Shown here one piece after another: positions 1-10,051 of a stretch of DNA of 64,000 nucleotides. The notes under the pieces were generated by a model. It made no database searches, had not been told where the DNA came from, and saw only the letters and a list, made by a program, of their open reading frames with translations. The first letter of the stretch is position 1. Every line of letters begins with the position of its first letter. The translations under genes and the position numbers were made by a program. The stretch lies in NCBI GenBank assembly GCA_963799485.1, contig CAWCXJ010000007.1:256001-320000 (forward strand), given 5' to 3'. The DNA is from an uncultured Trueperaceae bacterium. GTDB taxonomy: Bacteria; Deinococcota; Deinococci; Deinococcales; Trueperaceae.

Positions 1-1030
1 GCACGACCAGCCGGTCTCGGTATTGGGTGGCGGTATGGTCGTTGACCCGTGGTCGTTTCGCCTGGAGTTTGAAGCCTTCGCCGAACGCCGCGACCCCGGT
101 CAGGTGGTCGTGTCCGAAGAAGCGCACCTGGTCTTGCCGCATCACAAAAAAAACGACGAGGGCGGCGGTTTTGTCGGCACCACCGGGCGCGGCATCGGCC
201 CCTGCTACTCGGACAAGGCGCGGCGTATCGGCCTGCGTTTCGGCGACCTGCACGACGCGTCGGTTTTGCGCGAACGCCTAGCGCGGCTGTTAGAAGCCAA
301 ACCCAACTCGACAGCAAGGGTCGGCTGGACGGATGTGGACACGGCTTTTGACGCGCTTCACGACGTCCGCGAGTTCATCTTGCCGTTTGTCGGCGACGCC
401 GGACACCTGGTGCGCGAGGCGCTCCGTAAAGAGAAGCGGGTGATGTTCGAGGGCGGTCAGGGGACGATGCTCGACCTCGCTTACGGTACCTATCCGTTTG
501 TTACGAGCAGCCACCCGACCACGGGCGGCATTCTGGTCGGGGCGGGCGTCAGTCACAAAGCCCTAACCAACGTTTACGGCGTCGTGAAGGCGTTTACCAG
601 CCGGGTGGGGCATGGCCCCTTTATGACCGAGCTTGATGGTGAGATGGCGGGGCGTTTACGCGGCAGCGGGTCGAACCAGTGGGACGAGTTCGGCACCACG
701 ACCGGGCGGGCGCGGCGGGTCGGCTGGCTCGACCTGGTACAGCTCAAGTATGCCTGCGATATCAACGGCTTCGACGGCTTGGTCGTGACCAAGCTCGATG
801 TACTTTCAGGCTTGGATAGCGTACAGGTCTGCACATCTTACGAAGACGGTCAGCCCGTTTACGAAATGCTGCCCGGTTGGGGCGATTTGCAAGGACTCGG
901 CAGCCGCGACGCACTCCCCAAAGAAGTGCTGGATTATCTGGGCTGTATCGAACACTTTACGGGGGTGCCGGTAGCGATGTTCTCGACGAGTCCAAAACGC
1001 GAAGACACCTACGGCAAAATCAGCTGGTAG
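1..1030 (+). CDS. purA: adenylosuccinate synthetase (5' truncated by window edge)
   Basis: Motifs GTTGRGIGPCY, FEGGQG..LD..YGTYPFVTSS, EFGTTTGRARRVGWLD, TKLDVL. Confidence 0.97.
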   Translation, partial: HDQPVSVLGGGMVVDPWSFRLEFEAFAERRDPGQVVVSEEAHLVLPHHKKNDEGGGFVGTTGRGIGPCYSDKARRIGLRFGDLHDASVLRERLARLLEAKPNSTARVGWTDVDTAFDALHDVREFILPFVGDAGHLVREALRKEKRVMFEGGQGTMLDLAYGTYPFVTSSHPTTGGILVGAGVSHKALTNVYGVVKAFTSRVGHGPFMTELDGEMAGRLRGSGSNQWDEFGTTTGRARRVGWLDLVQLKYACDINGFDGLVVTKLDVLSGLDSVQVCTSYEDGQPVYEMLPGWGDLQGLGSRDALPKEVLDYLGCIEHFTGVPVAMFSTSPKREDTYGKISW

Positions 1031-1188
1031 CTGCCAAGGTCGTACGTTTTATTGCTAATGTAAACTTTCTCGGTGGCGCGTTTTATTGGCGATCTCTGCT
1101 AAAAATCGTGCGCATAATGCTCGAGAATGCAGCGTAACGACCTGACCTGCTTGAAAAAACCAGGTTTAGTAGGGCTAGGAGGTCAATC

Positions 1189-2151
1189 ATGCAGTATCGG
1201 CAACTGGGCAAAACAGGGCTTGAAGTGTCCGAAGTCGGTTTCGGCGCGTGGGGTATCGGTGGCGGCTGGGGTGAACGTGACGACAAAGCGGCGCTCGCCG
1301 CGTTGGAACGTGCTCTCGAGCTGGGCGTCAACTTTATCGATACGGCGCTGGCCTACGGCGAAGGTCACTCTGAAAAGCTGATCGGTGAGGCGGTGCGGGG
1401 GAGTAGCAAAGAAGTCGTAGTTGCGACCAAAATACCTCCCAAAAACCGGGTTTGGCCCGCGCAAAAAGGTTCAAAACTCAGCGAAACGTTTCCTAAGGAT
1501 TATGTGCTCGAGTGTACCGACCGCTCGCTCGAGAACTTAGGGTTGGAGCGGCTAGACGTGCAGCAGTTTCACGTCTGGGACGACGCCTGGGCCGAGCAAG
1601 ACGAGTGGCACGAAACCGTGCGTGAACTCAAAGACTCGGGGCGTATCCGCGCTTTTGGCTTGTCTATCAACGACCACGAGCCGGACAACGCGCTCGCTGC
1701 GCTCAAAACCGGTTTAGTCGATTCGGTTCAGGTCATCTACAACATCTTCGAGCAAACCCCGCAGGAGAACCTGTTACCCGCGTGTCTAGAGCATGGAGTT
1801 GGAGTGATCGTCCGGGTTGCGTTAGATGAGGGCGGCCTGACCGGAGCCGTTACGCCCGACACGGAGTTTGAAGAGGGCGACTGGCGGCAGAGCTACTTCA
1901 AAGGGGACCGTAAACGCGAGGTTTTTGAAAGGACGCAGGCGCTTTCATTCTTGACTGAAGACGGCTCGAGCCTCGCCGAAGCCGCGCTCCGGTTCGTCTT
2001 GTCGCACCCGGCTGTCTCGTCGGTTATTCCGGGGATGCGCTCACCGGGTCGGGTCGAGCAAAACGTCAAGGTTTCAGACGGACAGCCCTTTTCGGTCGAA
2101 ACGCTAGACAGGCTTAAAGCTCACGCGTGGCCCCGTAACTTCTACCGCTAG
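1189..2151 (+). CDS. aldo/keto reductase
   Basis: MQYRQLGKTGLEVSEVGFGAW, NFIDTALAYG.GHSE, ATK, AALRFVL..IPG; AGGAGG RBS upstream. Confidence 0.93.
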   Translation: MQYRQLGKTGLEVSEVGFGAWGIGGGWGERDDKAALAALERALELGVNFIDTALAYGEGHSEKLIGEAVRGSSKEVVVATKIPPKNRVWPAQKGSKLSETFPKDYVLECTDRSLENLGLERLDVQQFHVWDDAWAEQDEWHETVRELKDSGRIRAFGLSINDHEPDNALAALKTGLVDSVQVIYNIFEQTPQENLLPACLEHGVGVIVRVALDEGGLTGAVTPDTEFEEGDWRQSYFKGDRKREVFERTQALSFLTEDGSSLAEAALRFVLSHPAVSSVIPGMRSPGRVEQNVKVSDGQPFSVETLDRLKAHAWPRNFYR

Positions 2152-2157
2152 ACCCGG

Positions 2158-2181
2158 AAGCTGACGCTTTTGCGTCAGCTT
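2158..2181. terminator. bidirectional hairpin between convergent akr and glcF
   Basis: AAGCTGACGC-TTTT-GCGTCAGCTT, perfect 10-bp stem. Confidence 0.7.
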
Positions 2182-3437
2182 TCAGCAGCGTAAGCACGGT
2201 CTAAGAGCTGAACGGTGTGCAAAACTGGCAGAGGCCGCCCCAGATTTTTAAGCTGTAACGCAATTTGCGTGGTGCAGCCGATGTTTCCGCTGACGACAAG
2301 CTCCGCGCCGGTATCTAAAAGGTTTTGCGCTTTGCGCAAGCCGAGCTCACGCGCCATCTCAGGATGCTCGAGGTTGTATGTCCCGGCAGAGCCGCAGCAC
2401 AGCTCGGCTTCGGTGGGCTCGAGCAGCTCAACGCCCGGAATCTGCTTGAGTAGCGCTCTCGGTTCGCGCGTCACCTTTTGCGCGTGCGCCAGGTGGCAGG
2501 CGTCGTGATAGGCAATTTTTAGCGGCCCGGGTAGCGCTGGCGGTTCCAGAATGCCCAGTTCGGATAGAAATACACTGACGTCTTTTGTTTTGCTCGAGAA
2601 CCCTCTCGCTGTTTCCTCTTCCGGTTCACCTTTAAGCCACAGCGGATATTCGTGCAAGCCCGAGCCGCACCCGGCAGCGTTCGTGATGATGGCGTCTACC
2701 TCGTCTGGAAACGCCCCCAGGTTGTTTTTGGCAAACGCTTGCGCCTGCGTTTTGACGCCCGTGTGCGCGGCGAGCGCCCCGCAACAAGATTGCGCTTTGG
2801 GTACGACGACCTCGACGCCGTTATACGCCAGCACCCGCAGCGTGGCCCAGTTGAGGTCGGGGTCTAGCACCTGCTGGGCGCAACCCGCGAGCAGGGCGAC
2901 CCTGCCCCGCCGCTTTCCAACCGCCGGAAAAAACTCCGGCAACGGTTGCGCTTTCGGCACACGTTCCGGCAACATCCCCAACATACTGCCCAACTTTTTG
3001 GGTAACAGCGGACGGAGCGGGCTGGCGACGCCCCCGGTGTGCGCGGCGGCGCGAAAACGGGCGGGGTACGGCAGCGTTTCGGTGACGAGGCGGCGGAGGG
3101 CTTTTTCGGCTAAAGGACGTTCGCGCTCCCCTTCGGTCTCCATCCGAAACGGGGTGATGAGTTCGCCGTATTCGACCCCCGAAGGGCAAGCCGTGACGCA
3201 CGCCAGACAACCCAAACAGGCGTCGATATAAGGTGTCGCCTCGACAAGGGAGAGGTCTCCTTCCAGAACTTCTTTCATCAGGATGATGCGCCCGCGCGGG
3301 GAGTGCATCTCTTCACCCGTAACGACGTAAGTCGGACAGGTCGGCAGGCAAAAGCCGCAGTGAACGCAACTCTCGATTGCCTCCGCCATCGGCTTAGTGA
3401 GGGGTGGACGCTCATTAACCGGGATTTTATGCTGCAC
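2175..3437 (-). CDS. glcF: glycolate oxidase iron-sulfur subunit
   Basis: Two 4Fe-4S motifs ([24 protein letters not shown]) and two CCG domains ([24 protein letters not shown]). Confidence 0.93.
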   Translation of the reverse strand: MQHKIPVNERPPLTKPMAEAIESCVHCGFCLPTCPTYVVTGEEMHSPRGRIILMKEVLEGDLSLVEATPYIDACLGCLACVTACPSGVEYGELITPFRMETEGERERPLAEKALRRLVTETLPYPARFRAAAHTGGVASPLRPLLPKKLGSMLGMLPERVPKAQPLPEFFPAVGKRRGRVALLAGCAQQVLDPDLNWATLRVLAYNGVEVVVPKAQSCCGALAAHTGVKTQAQAFAKNNLGAFPDEVDAIITNAAGCGSGLHEYPLWLKGEPEEETARGFSSKTKDVSVFLSELGILEPPALPGPLKIAYHDACHLAHAQKVTREPRALLKQIPGVELLEPTEAELCCGSAGTYNLEHPEMARELGLRKAQNLLDTGAELVVSGNIGCTTQIALQLKNLGRPLPVLHTVQLLDRAYAAES

Positions 3438-4515
3438 CTGAGACCTCCGCGTCTGTAGTATGGGCGGCAGTCACCGTAAAAATGCCGCGCGGGTCGAACA
3501 CTCTTTCAATGCGTTCTAAAAATGCGTTGCCGGTCTGAACACCTACGTGCGGGTTAAGCCAACTGCCTGTAAGCGCCAAACCTGATAGCCGCTGATGTGT
3601 AAGCAGTGTCTCGAGCCCCGTTCTCTCAGCCTCAGGCCAAGCCAGATAACAGACGTTGCCGCCGACGCCGTAACGGTGCGGCACACTAACCGGGGAGAGC
3701 GCAGCCTCGAGCCCCGCAACCTGACGCGGACTGTGAACGACCTTGACGAGCGCGTGACCTGCCGGCACCCAGCCAAACGCCTTCGCTTCGCGCCAGAGTT
3801 CGCTTTCAGCGTCACCCGTTAAGACTTCGCCGGGTTGCCGTAAAAACGCCTGAACGCGCTCCAAACGCCCCGGCAGCGCTGCGCTGCGTCCGCCGAAACG
3901 CACCAGCAGACGCGTGGGCGGGAGAAGCTCGAGCGCCACCGCTTCAAAGCCGGACAGTGCCAGCTGCCGCATCAGCGCGTCGGCTTGCGTGAAATCAGTC
4001 GCCTCTAGTTGTAAAGTCGTGTAGCTTTCGGGACTCGGAAACACCTTGAAGGTCAACTCTACCAGCACCCCAAAACGTCCGAGACTGCCGACCATCAGCT
4101 TGGGCAAATCGAACCCTGCCGCATTTTTAACGACTTTACCGCCGCCTGAGAGCAGCTCACCCGACCCATCAACAAAGCTCACGCCCAGCAAAAAGTCACG
4201 GACGCCGCCGTAACGAAAACGCCCCGGCCCGGACAAGCCGGCGGCGACCGTTCCGCCCAGCGTCGCCCCGGCGTCGGCAAAAGGTGGGTCGAAAGGGAGA
4301 TATTGGCCTTCGGCAACTAACAGGTCGCTCACTTCTGAAAGCTTTGTCCCGGCGAGCGCCGTAAAGGTGTACTCGTGCGGGTTGTACTCACCGACCCCGG
4401 ACAGGTCACGCAGCTCGAGCCCCGCCCCCCGCGACAATGCCGGTTTGCTGCCGCCACCTCGCACCCGGAGATGCTTTGCGGCTTTTACGGCGTCTTGAAT
4501 CTGTGCGGCGTTCAT
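3427..4515 (-). CDS. glcE: glycolate oxidase FAD-binding subunit
   Basis: [44 protein letters not shown]; lies between glcD and glcF. Confidence 0.92.
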   Translation of the reverse strand: MNAAQIQDAVKAAKHLRVRGGGSKPALSRGAGLELRDLSGVGEYNPHEYTFTALAGTKLSEVSDLLVAEGQYLPFDPPFADAGATLGGTVAAGLSGPGRFRYGGVRDFLLGVSFVDGSGELLSGGGKVVKNAAGFDLPKLMVGSLGRFGVLVELTFKVFPSPESYTTLQLEATDFTQADALMRQLALSGFEAVALELLPPTRLLVRFGGRSAALPGRLERVQAFLRQPGEVLTGDAESELWREAKAFGWVPAGHALVKVVHSPRQVAGLEAALSPVSVPHRYGVGGNVCYLAWPEAERTGLETLLTHQRLSGLALTGSWLNPHVGVQTGNAFLERIERVFDPRGIFTVTAAHTTDAEVSGAA

Positions 4516-5957
4516 ACGCGGCTGATCACGCCCTGCTGCTCGAGCGGGTGCGGTTTCGCGCTGATAAGTGCGGGCGCTTCGCCGTGCGGGAGCATCTTGC
4601 CGCTGTTGGCGAGTTCCTTGGGGTCTACGGCCTCACGCAGCCGTACCATCACCGCCATGTCACGTTCGCTGTACTGCTCGGACAAGTAGGCTTTTTTCTC
4701 GACGCCGACGCCGTGTTCGCCGGTAATCGAACCGCCCATGCGGATGCATAAGCGCAAGATTTCCCCGGCAAGTGCTTCGGCGCGTTCCATTTCGCCTTTG
4801 GTAGAGTCGAACAAGATGAGCGGGTGCAGGTTGCCGTCCCCGGCGTGAAACACGTTGGCGACGCGGAGCTCGTAGCGTTCGCTTAAACTTTTAATCGCAG
4901 CGAGCGCTTCTCCCAAACGGCTGCGCGGCACCACGCCGTCTTGTACGAGGTATTCGGGGCTGAGCCGCCCGACGGCGGAAAATGCGCCTTTGCGCCCCTT
5001 CCAAATCTTTTGCCGCTCAAGCTCGTCTTGCGCGATTTGGACGCGGTACGCGCCCGACGCTTCTAAAAGCTCGAGCAACACAGGCGTTTCGGCAACGACC
5101 TCTTCTTGTGGCCCCTCGAGCTCGACAATCAAAAGCCCCTGTGCGTCCGCCGGATAGCCCGCGTGAACGGCGGCTTCGGCGGCGTCCAGCGCCAGCCTGT
5201 CCATGATTTCCATCGCTCCCGGCAGGAGGCCCGACGCGACAATTCTTGTGACGGCGTTGCCGGCGTCCTCGAGGCTCCGGTACGCCGCCATCACCGTCCG
5301 GTACTCCTCGACTTTGGGCAGCAGCCGCAGGGTTATCTCTAAGGCAATTCCAAACAAACCTTCCGAGCCGACGAACAACCCGACCGAATCGGGGCCGAGG
5401 GGCTCGAGGCTGTCCCCGCCCAACTCGGCAATCTCACCGTCCGGCAAGGCAACTTTGAGCCCCAAAACATGGTTTGCGGTCATGCCGTATTTGAGGCAGT
5501 GCGCGCCCCCCGAATTAAACGCGACGTTGCCGCCAATCGTGCAGACCGGCCCCGACGACGGGTCGGGCGCGTACAACAGGCCGTAGGGTGCGGCAACGCG
5601 GCTTACCTGCGCGTTCAAAACGCCCGGTTGGGCGACGCAGGTGCGAGACTCGGGCTCGAGCCTCAAAACCTTGTTCAGCTTGTTGAGCGCGATGACGATA
5701 CCGCCCTCGATGGGCAGCGAACCGCCCGACAGACTCGTGCCGCTACCCCTTGCGACGAACGGAACCCCGTATTCGTAGCAGAGCTTTAAGGTGTCCGTTA
5801 CGTCTTTTTGCGTCTGTGCGATGACGACGCCCAGCGGTTGCGCCTTAAACGCGACCAAGCCGTCGGACTCGAAGGTTTTGAGCGCCGCCTTGCCCGTGTG
5901 CAGGCGACCCGGTGGAAGGTTTTGCTCGAGCTTTGTAAGAAAGTCGGGTCGCATCAC
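4512..5957 (-). CDS. glcD: glycolate oxidase FAD-linked subunit
   Basis: [45 protein letters not shown]. Confidence 0.93.
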   Translation of the reverse strand: MMRPDFLTKLEQNLPPGRLHTGKAALKTFESDGLVAFKAQPLGVVIAQTQKDVTDTLKLCYEYGVPFVARGSGTSLSGGSLPIEGGIVIALNKLNKVLRLEPESRTCVAQPGVLNAQVSRVAAPYGLLYAPDPSSGPVCTIGGNVAFNSGGAHCLKYGMTANHVLGLKVALPDGEIAELGGDSLEPLGPDSVGLFVGSEGLFGIALEITLRLLPKVEEYRTVMAAYRSLEDAGNAVTRIVASGLLPGAMEIMDRLALDAAEAAVHAGYPADAQGLLIVELEGPQEEVVAETPVLLELLEASGAYRVQIAQDELERQKIWKGRKGAFSAVGRLSPEYLVQDGVVPRSRLGEALAAIKSLSERYELRVANVFHAGDGNLHPLILFDSTKGEMERAEALAGEILRLCIRMGGSITGEHGVGVEKKAYLSEQYSERDMAVMVRLREAVDPKELANSGKMLPHGEAPALISAKPHPLEQQGVISRV

Positions 5958-6151
5958 TGCCTCCTGATAAAAGCTACGTCCGTGTCAACCTTCAAAACGC
6001 TGTAGCTCAGTATAGCCGCCCAGCCGCCCGGTACGGAGTCGTTGAGGTATTACGGCTGCTCTGCGGTCAGGTTTTGAGTACAACGGTCGCTTAGACCGGC
6101 CTCGAGGCTATACTGGCTCGAGCTGACTTTACTGTTATTACGGAGTCCCTT

Positions 6152-8144
6152 TTGACGACCCTACCCGAACCCTACAGCGCCCAGGAACTCCGGCTTTTAC
6201 GGCTCCTGAGCGACCGCTTTCCCACGATCACTGCCGCACACATCGAGATGATGAACCTGAGCGCAATTTTGGCGCTTCCTAAAGGTACCGAACACTACCT
6301 CTCAGACATTCACGGGGCGTATGAGCAGTTCGAGCACATTTTACGGCACGCCTCGGGTGCGGTTCGCCGTAAAATCCGGCAGACGTTCGGTGACGCGTTT
6401 TCGGGCTGAGCAGCAGATCGATCTGGCGCTCCTGATCTACTACCCCGAAACGAAACTCCGGCAAGTTGCTGCCGAAGATGAGGGCGTCACCGAAGCGTGG
6501 TTTGCCGAACATATCATCGCGCTCGTCCGGGTGGCGCGTAAGTGCGGGGCGCAGTATACGAGGAGCAAGGTGCGTAAACGCCTCGAGCCGCAGCTCGCGT
6601 ATTTGCTCGAGGAACTCCTCAGCGAACAAGGCGGCGGTATCGCGCAAAAAGAGCATTACTACGCGAATATCATCCGCTCGATCATCGCGCTCGGTGAGGG
6701 GGAGCGCGTGATCATCACGCTCTCGTACCTGATTCAAAGTCTGGTGGTCGACCGGCTGAACATCATCGGTGACATCTACGACCGGGGCGGGGCCGCCGAG
6801 CGGGTCGTGGAAAGGCTGATGCGCTACCACGACGTGTCGATTCAGTGGGGCAACCACGACGTGACCTGGATGGGGGCGGCGGCAGGCTCACCGGTACTCG
6901 TCGCCAACGTGGTGCGGCTGGCGCTCCGTTACGCGACGCTCTCGACGTTGACGAGCGGTTACGGGATTGGGCTGCACGCGCTGGCAAACCTGGCTGAAAC
7001 GGTTTACGGCGACGACCCCTGTGAGGCGTTTTTGCCCAAAGCCGACCCCAGTCTGCTGAGCGAATATGCCCCCGACCTGCTCGCCCGGATGCACAAGGCG
7101 GTGACGGTGATTCAGTTTAAGCTCGAGGCCCAGACCATCGCCCGCCACCCCGAATACGAGATGGAAGGCCGGTTGGTGCTGGAACACGTTGACCTGGACG
7201 CCGGAACGCTTTCCGTGGACGGCTCTGAGCTATCCGATGCTCGATACGAACTGGCCGACCTTGAGAGACGACCGCGCCGCCCTGACCGCAGAGGAAGAGG
7301 CAGCTATCGGCGACTTGATGCAGCAGTTTACGCAGAGCAGCCGCCTGCAGGAACACATCCGGTTTCTCTACTCCTACGGCAACATGTTTGAGGTTCGGGA
7401 CGGCAACCTCAAGTTTCACGGTTGTCTTGCCCGTAAATGAGCACGGCGATTTTACCCCGTTTACGCTCTCCGGTGAGACCGTCTCCGGCCCGGCGCTTTT
7501 GGCCCGGTTCGAGGCGCTTTCCCGCGACGCCTACTTCAGCCGCGACCCTGAAGCTCGAGCCGCCGGACAAGACACGCATGTGGTATTTGTGGTGCGGCAA
7601 ACACTCGCCGCTGTTCGGGCGTTCCAAGATGACCACGTTTGAACGCTACGTTTTAGCAGACACGGAGACACACGATGAACCTAAAGGCCCCTACTACGAC
7701 CTTCGCGCCGATGAAGGTTTCTGCCGTAAAGTGTTGAGTGCCTTCGGTGCCGACCCCGAACGTGGCCACATCATCAACGGACACACGCCGGTCAAGGTCA
7801 GAAAAGGGGCACGCCCGATCCTGGCCGGGGGCAAGCTGATTATCATCGACGGCGGCATGAGCGAGGCGTACCGCAAAGTTACAGGAATTGCCGGGTACAC
7901 CCTCGTCGGCACCTCGCACGAACTCGTATTAGCGGCGCACGAACCGTTCTCTTCAGCCGAAGAGATGATCCGGGAGCGCCGTGACCCCGCGCCGAAAACC
8001 GAACAGGTCGAGGTGTTTCCGGAGCAAATCCTGATCTCTAAAACCGATGTAGGCAGAGAACTTTACGCGCAACTGGGCGACTTGGAACGACTTGTCCAGG
8101 CGTATCGTCAGGGCGTCCTGGTCGAGCGGCCTTTGACCCGGTAG
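6152..8144 (+). pseudogene. fbp: class 3 fructose-1,6-bisphosphatase split by four frameshifts (pseudogene or sequence error)
   Basis: Consecutive fragments in different frames carry LPKGTEHYLSDIHG, GDIYDRG, WGNHD, RMHKAVTVIQFKLE, KFHGC, MWYLWCG..SPLFG..KMTTFERY, HIINGHTPV, IDGG; shifts near 6400, 7230, 7428 and 7578. Confidence 0.88.
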
Positions 8145-8205
8145 TTATTCACCCATTTTTGCAAGTCCAGGTCAGGTACGCTGGCCCAAATCTAGGGAGG
8201 GCGCA

Positions 8206-8535
8206 GTGGACGACGACCAGAAAAAGACGCTAGACAAGTTTAACGAAGCGGTCAACATGACCCCGAAAGAGCTGGAAGACTGGCTCGAGACTGACCATTC
8301 AAAAGAGGTCGGGCAAAAAGATGACGGCGGCGAATCGACCGGTCACGAGATGGGCCGCGAGATCGTCAAACTGCTCGGTAAAAAGCAGGCCGATTACACC
8401 GGCGATGACGTGAAGCACATGCAAAAGGTCGTGTCTTATGTCCACCGGCACAGCGCGCAAAAGCCCAAAGGGGACGTTGAAGATACCCGCTGGCGCTACT
8501 CGCTGATGAACTGGGGCCACGACCCGCTCAAATAA
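8206..8535 (+). CDS. DUF3140 family protein
   Basis: F.EAVNMTPKELE.WL.T..S..VG, HM.KVVSYV.RH.AQ.P, RWRYSLMNWGHDP; GGGAGG RBS. Confidence 0.85.
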   Translation: MDDDQKKTLDKFNEAVNMTPKELEDWLETDHSKEVGQKDDGGESTGHEMGREIVKLLGKKQADYTGDDVKHMQKVVSYVHRHSAQKPKGDVEDTRWRYSLMNWGHDPLK

Positions 8536-8545
8536 GGTGTCAACC

Positions 8546-8576
8546 AAAAAAAGCGCTGAGGTTTGGGCCTCAGCGC
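8546..8576. terminator. intrinsic terminator between convergent DUF3140 and FKBP genes
   Basis: A7 run then GCGCTGAGG-TTTGGG-CCTCAGCGC (U-tail on the minus strand). Confidence 0.8.
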
Positions 8577-8601
8577 ACGGTTTTACGGTTTGGTTTAAGC
8601 G

Positions 8602-9057
8602 CTAGACGATTTCGACGAGTTCGATTTCAAAGGTGAGGGCTTCGCCTGCTAGCGGGTGGTTTGCGTCTAGCGTGACGGTTTCACCTGCCGCGTCGGTAAT
8701 CGTTACAGGGATGCGCTGACCGTCCTCTTGCTGAAGCTCGAGCTGCTGTCCCGCTTCCGGCGTAATGCCTTCGGGAAACTGCTCTTTGGGCAATTCGACC
8801 ACCAAATCGGCGCGGTGTGTGCCGTAAGCGTCGTCAGGGTTCAAGCGGGCGGTGCGGGTCTCGCCGGGCTGCATCCCGTCTACGGTGCGCTCGAAGCCGG
8901 CGATGACCTGCCCGGTGCCGATGCGAAACTCTAGGGGCTCACGTCCGGCTGAGCTGTCGAACTCGTTGCCGTCGTCGAGGGTGCCTTTATAGTGGACGCG
9001 GACGGTGTCGCCTTGCTTGGCGCTGCGGGTGGCTGAGGTGTTCAGGTTCTGTGTCAT
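8602..9057 (-). CDS. FKBP-type peptidyl-prolyl cis-trans isomerase (SlyD/FkpB-like)
   Basis: V.VHYKGTLDDG.EFDSS, G.GQVIAGFE, LDANHPLAG.ALTFEIELV. Confidence 0.93.
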   Translation of the reverse strand: MTQNLNTSATRSAKQGDTVRVHYKGTLDDGNEFDSSAGREPLEFRIGTGQVIAGFERTVDGMQPGETRTARLNPDDAYGTHRADLVVELPKEQFPEGITPEAGQQLELQQEDGQRIPVTITDAAGETVTLDANHPLAGEALTFEIELVEIV

Positions 9058-9114
9058 GGTTGCTAGGGTAACGCAGACCTCAGCCGGGCATTGTTGTCCC
9101 CTTGACGCCTCTCA

Positions 9115-9346
9115 CTACCGTTTATCCCGCTCTGTTTTTATCAGCGCCTCCACTAGGTGCAGTGCCCCGAGCCTATTTTGTAGCAATGTGTATTGGGAGG
9201 TTCCCAGCGAGAGTTTTGCTCGAGCTTTTTCCGTCCTGCTCACCATTGAAGAGAACGCACGGAGGGCTCTCTTGCACGTCGTCGGACAAATCCCCTTTGA
9301 CTTCATTTAGAAGTCTTAAGGACTCTTCAATGAGTTTTTTACTCAT
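9115..9346 (-). CDS. small helical hypothetical protein (~76 aa) with one apparent +1 frameshift
   Basis: AAAGGAGA RBS, ATG at 9346 (MSKKLIEESLRLLNEVKGDLSDDVQE); removing one base near 9268 joins ALRAFSSMVSRTEKARAKLSLGTSQYTLLQNRLGALHLVEALIK; span 232 = 77x3+1. Confidence 0.5.
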
Positions 9347-9851
9347 CGTCTTTCTCCTTTATTAGATGTGACGCGGTAGCGCCCAGCATCCAAAACGCTG
9401 TCGAGCCGAATTTAATAACGACGTGCAGATTCGGGAGCCACATCAACTTCAGCATCCATCAAACTCTTTTAGACCATCCTCTAGTCCCTGCAGTCGCTTA
9501 AGCTCCTGCTCGAGTCTCATGGCTTAAGAATCAATAAGTTCCTTGTGCTATTGGATTCATTCTTTCTGACCTTTCAAGGTCTATTTTTATGAATCTTTCT
9601 AGCTCTTGGTCATTGTTCTTAATGGGATATCGTTCCCTCTTTCGAGTTCTTCAATATCTGTCTCTCGTTTGAGAAACGTTTTCAAGCTCGACAGCTTGGA
9701 GAAAGATTTTCAATGTCCACTCAGGCGCTGTGACCTGATAGGTGTTAGATTACTACAAATTCTACACATAGTCAAATTTTTGCTCCCCGTGTCATTTTTA
9801 CTTGCTAAAGTCGTAGTTTTTACAATCGCCACCAAACGCATTTCATGGCTC

Positions 9852-10041
9852 TTAGTGCCGTTTACGCGCCTTCCACGTCCCGCCGTAACGGTACGTTTCA
9901 GGATGCGCGGCCCGGAGTTCTTCGGTGCAGATTCGGACAGACGAGCCGCCACTGCGATCCGTCCACCTGCACCCGGTAACGCACCGTCGTTTCTTTCCCG
10001 CACCGCTCGCAAAACCCTTCCCGGACGCGCTTGGCTTTCAA
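9852..10041 (-). CDS. small zinc-ribbon-like protein (~62 aa) with one apparent +1 frameshift
   Basis: TTG start 10 nt after the ggt stop; MKAKRVREGFCERCGKETTVRYRVQVDGSQWRLVCP then, in the shifted frame, CTEELRAAHPETYRYGGTWKARKRH; two CxxC pairs; span 190 = 63x3+1. Confidence 0.6.
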
Positions 10042-10051
10042 AGTCCAACCT

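Noticed and set aside
6152..8144. Programmed frameshifting in fbp
   Set aside because: Four shifts without slippery heptamers or consistent direction; error or decay is simpler.
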